Source: Hormiphora californensis (taxonomy: Eukaryota > Animalia > Ctenophora). From it: 64,000 nt of DNA. The notes under the pieces were generated by a model, which made no database searches, had not been told where the DNA came from, and was given only the letters and a program-made list of their open reading frames with translations. Positions 50,238 through 61,851 of this stretch are shown one piece after another; within the stretch, counting starts at the first letter, position 1; each line of letters begins with the position of its first letter. The position numbers and the translations under genes are program-made. The stretch spans positions 1,302,001 through 1,366,000 of the forward strand of contig CM035361.1 in assembly GCA_020137815.1 (NCBI GenBank), in the 5' to 3' direction.

Positions 50238-53200
50238 CTACAATTCAGCAATGGATCTTGATAGAGTTGTTGACCCATTTGACACCAAACTCTTCTCTTG
50301 ATCCTGCAGAAACCTAACTGATCCAGCTGATCCAGGCACCTTCAACTCATGGGGATATGAGACAGTATCCTGATCTTTCTCTGAAGTATCTTTCTCTGAT
50401 GTTGGGTTGAGGATCGTTCTGGAGACACTGGAGACTTCGTCCAGCGGGAACACTTGGGTGTTGGTGAGGCGGGAACTGAAGGGTGTCGTACTCTCGTGTC
50501 GTAGGTAGGACTGAAATGAAATAGAGGGTTATATTAGGTGCAGATATGGAGTAGTTCAGATGAGGGGGTTATTAGGTGCCGATGGAGTAGTTCAGATGGG
50601 GTTAATGGTTATAGATACACATGGGCGAGTACATGGCACGTGCACGTAACTGATTCATCGACACGACGGCACGTGCCGATGGAAGAGTTACACATCTTCT
50701 AGGTTCGTATGTCTGTCGGCGCTCACCTGATCTAGTGCAATGGTTTGATAGTCAAAACGGAGTCTGATGGCACCAGCCGGTCGTTTAGATCTTTTTAAAT
50801 CCATAAATTTAATTTATTGTTTAATCATGTGACCACGTAAAAAGATGGTTACAATAATATCGTTTTATCTTCACTTTGAATCATATATCTAGCTTTAGAA
50901 ATACTAATGACTCATCATCCCAGTCTACTAGCCACCAACCCAATTGCCTGGCCAATCACACAGGGTTCTAGGTATTACCAGAATATCACACAAGGCATAA
51001 AAGCTGTCAGAGAGCATTATATTGGCCTGATAGCATAAAAGCAATAGCAAACCCGTCCACAACTATAACTATCTTGTCGATGAATTAGTTCATTGAACTA
51101 GTTCGCCCAAAAGCCATTATAGTACAGCTATCTCAGATCTATACAATGTACACTAATCGTATTCAGGTGAAAACCATTAGTTTCGAGCAGTAAAAACATT
51201 GCCCCGCCTGCACCCGGAACCGGCCAATTAGGGTTTCACATGTCAACTAGCAGGCTTCACACTTCACCAAAACTACCAATAACTTATAACACTGCACCAG
51301 TGCATTGATGTGTTTTTTTGCTTGCAGTTGTAACACCTTCTGTCCTTTTATATTTTTTCTAAACATTATGCCGGAAGCAAATTAATATACATATTGGCAT
51401 GGGAACTAATAGAATTTGAAGTAATAGAATTTGAACTGTCGACGTTTAAACGTCGACAGTTCAAGTTCTATTTGTTCATTTTCTATTTACTTTTGATGTT
51501 TTAGCCTACCTGACGTTCCTCTAGCCTTAGTCGGGTATGTGTATTTCTACAGCAGAAAATGTCGTAGAATGTTCGCCTGACTTGTTGATGCAGAAAACCA
51601 TAGATAACTGGATTCACACAACTGCAGAGATTAACAGTTGTTAGATTTAATAGAAAATTAATCAAATGCAATGGAAAAGTGGTTAAATTTAATCAAAGAT
51701 GTTTTAGAAGTTGTCATTGACAACTGTTGTCATAGTTATTTCTTATTTCTTGTTTTTACTATACCTGTTCATAATGGCAATGACAAAAGTACTGATAACA
51801 AGTCCCCGAAAGAAGATTGCCTCGCAATACGTGTCCAGGAAGTTCATTAAAATTCCAACAACTGAAAAATAATATCATTAGAAATGCACATTAGAATTCA
51901 CTATTGATATCTCAAATACATATTCCTTTCCTGGTGAAAGCTGTGACATTTTAACAGGAATTGCTAAGAAAGTATGAAAATTTGTTTGAGCTAATAATGA
52001 ATTATGTATTGTCTTTGCAGCATGCAGCATATGGGAATTACATGTGTCAGATGACTATGTGTAGAATAGTGGTAGTATAATTATAGGGGTAGATGACAAA
52101 TGCTTAATATTGTAGGAAACAGTCGTGACTGAACGTCAGATTCAGGCACGACTGTTGTCCCATATGCATATTCATTTTTGTCCTAATTGTTTGCGGTTCA
52201 TTACTGTTTCATTTTCTTTGACAGTTGTAAAACTGATTTTCTAAACCTAGAACAGCTGTTCTTTTTGTTTCCATATGTTGAAACTTTTCAATGAGTCGCA
52301 AGGCTACGAAGATTGTCGAATCGTTCCTTGCATTATACAGATGCTTTTTAGTGTGTATGCCTTTTTAAAATCTCAAGCCGAGCTGTCGTGATCCCGTTCC
52401 CAATGCCATTTAGATAATAGCAATGTCATTATCATTATACTAATAGTCTTAAAAGCCTTGCCTAATTGAGATTTTCTTGGAAACCCAAGTTTCTATATGG
52501 TATGCAAATTGGTAAATTGAATATTATAAATTGCGGGACATATGGATCAAACACGTGCAGCTCGAGTGTTTGACGTTTGACAGAATATACTGGTGCTTTT
52601 TTCACTTTTGTTGGAATTTTTCCTTGCACCTGTTTCTCATGCCTTGATCAGTTACCTTGAAATATCTCTCTATCAGGATGTATTCAACTCTCTCCATCCT
52701 CCTCTTCCTTCTTCCCTGTGAGGCGAGGATTGGGTTCATAACCTCCCTCACCCACTACCCCACCTACCAACCCATAGTGGATCTGGTTAACTCTCCTGAT
52801 ATTATCTGGATGCAGCATGATACTACCCTGTCCAACAAGACCAATGTGGCATGTGAGATGCTGGCTGAAGGTAGGGGTTTCATATCCTTGGAATCTTGGA
52901 TCGATGGTCCTGTGGTCCGCTTTACTAAATTCTCACTCATGAGCAATCCGCACTCTGCAGAGTCTTTATAACCACTCCATGTGACTCCACGTGACTCCAT
53001 ATGACTCCACGTGACTCCATATGACTCCACGTGACTCCATATGACTCCATATTTTCAGGTGTAAACGTTGTCGTTCACCAAGGCTCATCAGACGACACGG
53101 ATATATTCTCGAGCCTATTTGGGACGGAGCACAATATACCTGTAATCTCAGTAGCCGGTACCTGCTCACAACTTCACGATTCTGTCAATGAGTTGGTTAC

Positions 53201-56200
53201 CATGTCACCCAGTGACAAATATCAGGTATGTGTTACCATGGTTACCATGTCACCCAGTGACAAATATCAGGTAATGTTCTGCAGAATTCTGCAGATACTG
53301 GAGCTTATAAGGTGACCAGGCCAAAATCAGAGACTTAGGTATTGATCAGTGAGTTCATCTACTAACTGCATTGAATGTCTTCTTTATCTCCATTACTCTA
53401 GGCCCAAGCAGTACTGGATATTCTTCACTATTACAAATGGAACGAAGTCAGTGTGCTGATATCCAACGATAAATATGGAGTTAGCTTCATCCTCGACCTC
53501 CAGGAATCTTTAATAAAGCAAGACAAAACTTTGCATCAGACCCACTTGAAACAGGTTTGTGTATTTGCTTGTTTGTTTATAAGTATATTGACTTTAATAC
53601 AGTGCATCATACCGAATTCTCCAAACAGATCCTGGTTTACAACACGTTTACTGAAGAGGCTGAAGTTTCAACACAGTTGATGGCTCTCAAAACCTCCCTC
53701 GCAAGGGTTATCCTATATTTTGGGTCCTCCACCCACGCCCGAACTATTCTCCGCAAGGCAAACAACATGGGCCTCATGGGGAAGAGTTTGTATGGATCCT
53801 ATCCGATGCCATCGTTGGTAACGCCTACAGTCTCTCTCCACAACGGGACTTACATGTCATACTACGAGGGATTGCTTGGCATTCAGCCGCGTTTAGACCG
53901 GAACTGGAGATACCAAAAATTCCGGGATGGATTCGCGGTAAAGTTCTCTGGAACACCCCTTACAGAGTTTATGATGATGAGTTATGATACTCTCTCCCTC
54001 GCAACTTCCTCTCTTACCGGACTCTCTGGGCTGCCCGAACAAGACCTAGACTGCACTAAAACGGAACGTTGGACAGGAGGAGATGCTATAATGAATATTC
54101 TGAAGAGAACAGTACATATTGGAGTGACAGGAGAGTACAGTTTCACTGATCAGGGGACAGTCAAGGAACCCGCTTACGACATCGTGAATTTTGTCGGGAA
54201 AGAGTTTATCCCAGTGGGACATTGGGACGAAAAGAACAATCTGAAGATGAATGCACCAGTTAGATTCTTCAAATCCACCTTCACGGCACCTAATGGTGAG
54301 GCCAATACCCTAAATGGCGTCCACCTCCGATTCAGCATGATTCCCGGGGCCATGCCATACACCAGTGTACCCCGTGATGGGTGTAAGGACTTTACCTCCC
54401 CAAAATGTTACACAGGGCTGAGTGTTGAGTTGGTAGAGATGTTAGCTGCTCGACTAAAGTTCACCTACCACTTTGTGGTACCAGAAGATGGGATGTATGG
54501 GAGCAAGAACGCAGAGGGGGAGTGGAATGGGATGATTCTAGATATCATTAAAAACAGAACGGATATGATCATCACAGCTATCTCCTCCAATACCATCAGG
54601 AAAGAAGCGATTGAGTTCTCATACCCACTACTAGAAGGAGGTCTGGCAGCATTTGTCAGGAGTAACCGAGAAGAACGAGACCACTTCTTCTTCCTCAGAC
54701 CCTTCGATACCTCTGTCTGGATCGGTATCCTGATAGCATGTGTAGTTGTTGGAACTGTTCATTTACTTTCTTAGTGCTCTCTCACCCTATGGTGTCACCG
54801 GAGCTAAAGAGGTTCGCCAGGAACAAGTGTAGCTGTGAGCCATGTAGAGCTAATCCAGTAGACCCCAAACCGGCCTGTATGGTAGCTGCAATGGATAAAA
54901 AGAAGCCTCGGCTAAACTTCATGCACTCCCTTTGGCTCATCTCCGCAGCCCTGGTCGGTATCCCTGGACCTTGTGCACCAACATCAGTAGGTGGACGAGT
55001 CGTCCTATTCACCTGGCGATTCTTTATCCTGATCCTGGTTAAGATCTACGTGGCTAACATGTCAGCCTTCCTAACCCTCAGTTACCAGAGATCTGATATC
55101 ACCACACCAACTGACCTACTGAAACAGGACAAGTACAGGTGGGGCATCCTGGGTAGTGGGGTGACTGATATCCTTCTACAGTCTAGTTTCGACCCTGATA
55201 TGAATACCATAGGAACTGAAGCTGAGAAGCTGACGAGTTATGGTGAAGGGGTGAGGAAGATGAATGATGGATATTTTGTTTTTATCGGAGAGTTTGTGGA
55301 GTTGGAGTACCTCACATTGGAGGAGTGTAACATAATGAAAGTGGGAGATGTCTTCCAGTCTTTTGATCTCGCCTGGGGTCTACCCAAGGATTGCCCTTAT
55401 AAGGGCCTGGTGGATCAATTCCTGCTGGATGTCAGGGAGAATGGAGTGTTCGGGGAACTACTAGGCAAGTATTACAACCAAAAGACAGGTGACAGCAAGT
55501 GTAAGGGAGGCAGCGCACTAACAATGAGCATGGGAACTCTAGGAGGACTGTTCTTCACGATCCCTATTGGTATTTGTGTGGCATTAGCTTGTGTGTTTAT
55601 TGAGTATTTCTATGTAGGTGTGAGGGATTCGGGGAAAGAGGTGGGGTGCTGTGGAGTGGTGGGGGAGAGGTTGAAGTTGCAGTTAGTTGGGAGGAGGAAG
55701 GGAGAGTTTATCGAGGACAAGGACACCGATGTGTGATTTGTTTTTCATGCGTTTTAATTTTGTTATAAGATTTTGGAATTATTTTTTTAGCTTATAGTTT
55801 TTGTCGATTACACCCGGACCATCTAGCTTCTTGGATTTCACTATTACTGAAGCTGACGGACAGCAATGATAAGATACAAACAAGCCAAGCTTGGATTGAT
55901 TAACAATTATTTAGTTAAAGGGTCAGTGCACAGGGCCAACTTGGGTTAAGTGTTGAGTCTCCTTGGGTGTGGGGACCCCTGGGTGTGGTTTAGATTTTGG
56001 ACTGCCTGACTAGTTTGGGCGGAACGTGACGTAACAAAGCGCTAATTTACCTGATACAGGCGTCCAGCAGATGGTATAGGAGATAATGATCACGAACCAA
56101 ATAAAACTCTTTTTATAGCACTGGTACTTTTCAGAAGTCTTAGTTAAAATTCCTGCCAGTGATTCGTGGGCTGTCAACCTTCGGCCTGTGGGAAGACAAT

Positions 56201-59200
56201 AATATCAATCTTGGAGCTTGGTATTTATAATTTGATAGTACCATAATTACATAATGGGCATGGGACCTGTCATAAATTATAACAATCTCACTGAATGTAT
56301 GCCTGTTATATTTACCTAGGGCTCCTCGAATTTGAGGGTCCTCCTTCTTCGGAGTGTTGAAGTTTTTCCGAAATACATTGTCACTTTGCTTACTCTTGAA
56401 TGATACCACCATTATCATATGATAGCAGTAGCCTGAAGAGAGAGATAAGAGAGAGAGAAAGCACTTAGTTTTGAGGAATTCTGGAACACATGAAAGCATC
56501 ATTGTAATCACACCATGATCAAAAAGATCTCGATTTGATATAGTTACCGATGATAGGAGTAGGTAGGAGTGTCAAGAGGACCTTTTTACAGATACTGAAT
56601 GCTATGAATCCCGGGTGCTGGTACCCCATATGGTGGAATGAGGGTGAGAGACAACCAAAGGCGTTGTGATAGTACACAAAGGGAAACCACCCAAGCACCT
56701 GAAACAAAGATCAAGTTTAATTCATCAAAACTTGAGTAGTAGGTGGTTGCCTGTCAGGCCAATGCAGCTCTGACCACAGTTCTCACGCGCACAGTTTCGC
56801 GTGCTTCGAATAGGGTCAGGCCAATGCTCTGACAGGTGATTGTCCGGTAAGAACTTAAGGGTACGCTAACCAAAAATTTTTTTCGAGTGCAGGGAAATCT
56901 CTCACCGCAGGGTTGTAGGCCATGCCAAGGAGACCTTAAATATGCAATTTTGGCCCTCAAGTCGAATTCATATTTTTGCTACAGCCGTTTTAAAATCGTC
57001 TTGAAAATTTCTGAAAAGACGTTTTTGACACCCTAAAAATACTTTTTCAGGGCTAGAAGCTTAAAATTATGGGGATTTGAAGGGGATAGGAAGGTTTATC
57101 GACACAAAAATTTTTATTAAAATCGGTGATGATTTTCGGTCGTGAGATTGATTTACTTTTTTCCCTCTTAAAGGCCCTATTTAGCAAAGTTCCGAAAGTT
57201 TGTGAAGGCTGTAAATTGGTGAAAAGTTGCGTCTAACGATTATCTAAGTGGCCACAAATTTTTGGCGTGTCCTTATTTGAGACAAGTTGTACAGAGCTTT
57301 TTTTGTGAAAGCCGTTTTTTTAGAAATAAGGAAATAGCCTGTATCTCAAAAACGACTGATTTTAGAGACCTGAGACCAAGCTTAAACGATTCAGAAGGTC
57401 CGATTTTGGGGGGGTCTTCTGAGAGACATTTTTCTCCTACTTCAACGGTTTTCGCTGTAATTGCGAAAAAGGATTTAGCAAGAAGGTGGAAAAGCAGCAC
57501 GAAGCAGGCTGTCGGAACTCCTCTTTTGCCCTCTTCAAAGGATTTGTTTTTCGCAATTACAGCGAAAACCGTTGAAGTAGGAGAAAAATGTCTCTCAGAA
57601 GACCCCCCCAAAATCGGACCTTCTGAATCGTTTAAGCTTGGTCTCAGGTCTCTAAAATCAGTCGTTTTTGAGATACAGGCTATTTCCTTATTTCTAAAAA
57701 AACGGCTTTCACAAAAAAAGCTCTGTACAACTTGTCTCAAATAAGGACACGCCAAAAATTTGTGGCCACTTAGATAATCGTTAGACGCAACTTTTCACCA
57801 ATTTACAGCCTTCACAAACTTTCGGAACTTTGCTAAATAGGGCCTTTAAGAGGGAAAAAAGTAAATCAATCTCACGACCGAAAATCATCACCGATTTTAA
57901 TAAAAATTTTTGTGTCGATAAACCTTTCTATCCCCTTCAAATCCCCATAATTTTAAGCTTCTAGCCCTGAAAAAGTATTTTTAGGGTGTCAAAAACGTCT
58001 TTTCAGAAATTTTCAAGACGATTTTAAAACGGCTGTAGCAAAAATATGAATTCGACTTGAGGGCTAAAATTGCATATTTAAGGTCTCCTTGGCATGGCCT
58101 ACAACCCTGCGGTGAGAGATTTCCCTGCACTCGAAAAAAATTTTTGGTTAGCGTACCCTTAATTCACATGATCGAGTGGTACCTGTGGTAGTTCCACAAG
58201 GGGTGAGATAATCCAAATAATAGCCGTTACTGTCAGGATTCTCCGCTGTGTTATCCACCGATTATATGTTAGCGGATGAATAACCTGAGAAAGTATTATG
58301 AGTATTTTTTAAGTTTTAAGTTTTAACAAAGCTCGAAGATTTGTTAGCTACAGTCGGACCCCGATTTAGTGGCATCCTCGGGGGGAAAAATCCTACCACT
58401 AAATCGGGGTGCCACTAAATCGGGGTCAAATAATGTTAATTTCCTATATCGGGGGAAAAAATCCTGCCACTAAACCGGGTTGCCACTAAATCGGGGTCCG
58501 ACTGTATAAAATATTTTGTAAGTCTTACCGCAACATATCGTTCCACGGCCATACAACAAAGGGTCCAAGTTGAAATCTTACTTGACGTGTATATCAATAA
58601 ACCTGTATCGATAATTTTTGGAAATTGTTAAAGAACTCAGAAAACTAGGAATGAGTAATATACCGTATGACGTTCACCTTAATATTACTAGAATGGGAGG
58701 GGGCATGTGTTTTTCTGCTGTTATACTATAAAAGGGCAGGTCTTGACAAATATCGTCATACGACAAATTGGGCAGACAAAGCGGTGTGGGAATCATTGTG
58801 ATTTATTGTGAAATTATACAGAGGTTTATTAAAACAGCTTATGTAATGCAAAGATTCAACAATTCTTCTTGGGTAATTTCTACCCCTAGTACTGAATAAT
58901 GAAGTCCCTATATTAAAATGTGAAGTGACAGAACCTGTATAGACTCTGCAGTACAGAACACATGTTCAACAAGCTATAAATTACCGTTTAGTGTGCAGAG
59001 AACGCTGCCCAATCTGACTGATTGGTCAGCAGGAAGACACTGCGCTGTGTAGTTGTACACTCCAGCCCCTCCTGTCCCATCTGAAACTCCTGTACCGTTT
59101 CTAGTAGTGAGAGAAGTCAGTTGATATTAACATGGATGATAATAGGGGAAAACAATATTCTCCCCACCCATATCACCACCCAATTATTGGTAGACTACTT

Positions 59201-59709
59201 GAATTCCAGTATAGAACAAATCCTTGTGTTTTGAAAATGTACTCACATATTTAGTGCGGCATATCCGCTGATTGGCATGGCTATTCCGGCAATTAGAATA
59301 TCACTCGCCGCCAGACTTATCGTCAGGAAATTGCTTGAGTTTTTTAACCTGCACAGAGAATAATCAATTAGTAGAAGTTTTATGAAGTTTTAAAAAAGGA
59401 AGAGACGGATAAACTAGGAGGGGGTGATAAGTAGATATGTCTTAGCGGGTAATTAGAACTAATATCAGTTCAGACATCTCAAGGCATGATATACTGTATT
59501 TGCTGACATCTACACTGCACTATAATCCAACATTTAAACCATGTTTTTCAAAAGTTAGCTAAACAATGCACGACTTACTTTCTATTTTTCCTCAATGCTA
59601 TGATAAGAGAGAGGTTACCGACTGTACCCACTATTGATACGAGGTAAAGAATGATACCAATCAGGATCTGGGCCCCTGCGGAGTAGCCTGAATCTGTGAC
59701 AGGATCCAT
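50238..59709 (-). CDS. Class A (rhodopsin-like) GPCR, 11 exons, 469 aa, non-opsin
   Basis: Minus-strand exons: 59709-59579 (TM1 VGTVGN), 59348-59247 (TM2 SLAASD), 59100-58985, 58602-58529 (TM3 MAVERY), 58284-58183 (TM4 IIWII), 56698-56548, 56432-56316 (TM5 end, GYCY), 56185-56051 (TM6 CWTP), 51861-51765, 51621-51510 (TM7 NSCVNPVIY, helix 8, CC), 50510-50238 (Ser/Thr-rich tail). All phases are consistent; 1410 nt. Confidence 0.92.
52678..55736 (+). CDS. Ionotropic glutamate receptor subunit, ctenophore/Epsilon type, nested in GPCR intron 8
   Basis: Exons 52678-52870 (signal peptide), 53059-53225, 53402-53554, 53629-55736. ATD; S1 (GEWNGMI..RKEAIEFSYP); pre-M1 FLRPFDTSVW; M3 IYVANMSAFLT; S2 LLKQDKYRWGILGS..QSFDLAWGLPKDCPYK; M4 GGLFF. 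Apparent single-base indels near 53780, 53835, 54757 and 54806. Confidence 0.93.
52975..53050. repeat. 10-bp tandem repeat (RTGACTCCAY), ~8 copies, in iGluR intron 1
   Basis: gtgactccac/atgactccat units run up to the splice acceptor at 53057-53058. Confidence 0.9.
56859..58158. mobile_element. 1.3-kb foldback element with ~610-bp TIR arms and TTAA TSD (Kolobok-like)
   Basis: ttaa|gggtacgctaacc..ggttagcgtaccc|ttaa. The arms are almost perfect inverted copies with a ~75-bp loop at ~57470-57545. Mirror ORFs 57262+/57273- arise from the symmetry. Confidence 0.9.
58351..58504. mobile_element. 154-bp Tc1/mariner-pogo-type MITE in GPCR intron 4
   Basis: TA|cagtcggaccccgatttagtggca..tgccactaaatcggggtccgactg|TA. 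Confidence 0.85.
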
Positions 59710-60502
59710 GATAGCTACAATATATATCCTTTGTTATGTTCTAACCCTCCCTTTATAAATGTTTCGGGGGCGGGGTGCCCTAAACACAGTCTAGCTAGGC
59801 AAATTATATATCCTACTGAGTGATATCAAACACTCAAACAGGTGAATATAGCATGCACAACAAAGAGAGAAATATTAGAAAACTCTTAGAAATATATCGA
59901 CATTTAGAATTTATATGGGCATTGCAGTATTACGAATATTAGCATTTAGCAGAATACAATAGATATGCAGCTATTCGGCAAAAATAATTCGGGGAACAAA
60001 AAATTTCCTTTTTTCAGGAACCCCATTCTTGAGTAGAAATGCCATGCAAAAATCGCATGGAAACAGACAACGCGGTACCATATGAAAGAACTAGAAGCTG
60101 AAAGGAGAAAGGTGAATTGCAGGGCTAAAAACGATGAATATAAATGAGCTAAAAGCTAAAAGCTAAAAGTTACGGTGTTTAATTCTCGTCTTTTTTCAAA
60201 CCCACGGGGCTCGGAGAGAGATAGAGGGTAGAGCAAGACAAGGTGTTTCCTGTGCACTATGAATAAATGGGAAACCAAAATGGAAAACATTTTGGGAAAA
60301 CCATGGTGGCTTCCTATGCCAAATATAAATATCTTGCCGTTCTAATACGGCTAAAGTGACGTTAACAAGCCCTGGTTCAGATACAATACCAGTACACATC
60401 ATATATTCACGTAATGTGTGTGTGTGTGTGTGTGACCTAGCGTAAAAAGGCAGGCAGAATAAAGGGATGGTGAGATAAATTGAGATAAACGTGAGGACAA
60501 AG

Positions 60503-60504
<2 letters not shown>

Positions 60505-60575
<71 letters not shown>
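60505..60575. repeat. (GA)n microsatellite
   Basis: Direct inspection. Confidence 0.95.
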
Positions 60576-60579
<4 letters not shown>

Positions 60580-61645
60580 ATAGAATAGAGAGAGATCAGA
60601 GTAACGGCTGAATAGGGAGACAGAAGGTCTAATGGTCTATGTAAATGGAGCTCCAGGCGACCTCGCCCTTTCAGCCCATTTAAAAAGTTATTGTCAACTA
60701 AATACAAACGATTTCAAAGCTTATAATAGGGCTTATTCAACATTCAACAGCTATTGATCAACAAGCTGGCTGGCACATTGTTATAGGCTCGTATAAGAGG
60801 GGAGATATCAGTGAGCAAAGCACGATACATTTCAACAGGTTGCGGGGAACCATCATGGCTAGTGTTGTGTGATATGATATACAGGGTGGGGGATTATTCA
60901 TTTCAACTGAAAATATCTGAGTCGTGACACATTTGTGTATCATTACTTGCGGACGTTAGTTAATAAAAGTTTACAGATGTAAGTTAAAAGTGTCCTCATT
61001 AGTTACAACATCTATAAATTTAGGGGGGGGGGGTTGTGGTGTTTTCGCCTTATTATTAAATGTTCGCGTTTTACCACAAACATGACTCATTTACCTAACT
61101 AACTAACCAACTATCTAATCAAAACCCATAATTACACAACCCATGTGGCTTCTGGTGACGTTCTTCCACCTTATCGATATATATACCCTGCTAACTTAAA
61201 TAACCCGCCAGTGGCGAGAAGTCCCACTGGCGCGCTCTCAATAAACAGCCAGTCCAGCGGCAGATTATTTCCCACTGGCAGGTTATTTATTATTAACTCC
61301 TATGTTACATTCAAAGTGAGTGTAAATGATCAGTTCTTACTGAAATACAGAGGGAACACTATTTGCAAGAGTTACACACTACATTGGAGAGAAAGAAAGA
61401 ACACATTCCGTCAATTACTCTCTCTTTATCTCCCCTTCTTTCTCACTATCTCAATTCCTCTGTGTTATGTCTGGCATGCCCCATATCTTGTTATTTCTTT
61501 CTCTCTCTCCTTAGTAACTGTTACCAAACACTATACACTCAATTGAGAGATGTTTTTGACTGTTTCTCAGTTCTCTTTGTGTGTTTTCATTAGTGTTCTC
61601 TCTCTTGTTATTGTGTAATACTTGAAACAAACGACTAAAGCAGGG

Positions 61646-61851
61646 TATATAACCCATAAACTCTGACCAATGGCACGTTATTGGTTTAAACCCCTCCGCC
61701 TCTCCCTCGGCTACGCCTCGGGATCGTCGTCGTGATTTAAACCAGTTTATCCGCCACTGGCGGATAAACTACAGCTACCTTCTCCCAGCGGCGCGCTGGG
61801 AGAAAGGTATCTGAAATAACGTGCCAGTGGCCAGAGTTTATGCCTCATATA
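61646..61851. mobile_element. ~205-bp MITE with internal hairpins
   Basis: Imperfect TIRs cataaactctgaccaatggcacgttatt..aataacgtgccagtggccagagtttatg. Internal hairpins gtttatccgccactggcggataaac and tctcccagcggcgcgctgggaga. Confidence 0.7.

Noticed and set aside
51510-51861. GPCR as an opsin
   Set aside because: No Lys at the retinal-binding position in TM7 (AIMNSCVNPVIY).
52975-53050. TGACTCC tandem as an AP-1 site array
   Set aside because: Not the TGACTCA consensus. A simple 10-bp tandem repeat explains it.
57262-57755. Two 160-aa mirror ORFs as a transposase or gene pair
   Set aside because: Generated by foldback symmetry. No recognisable domain.
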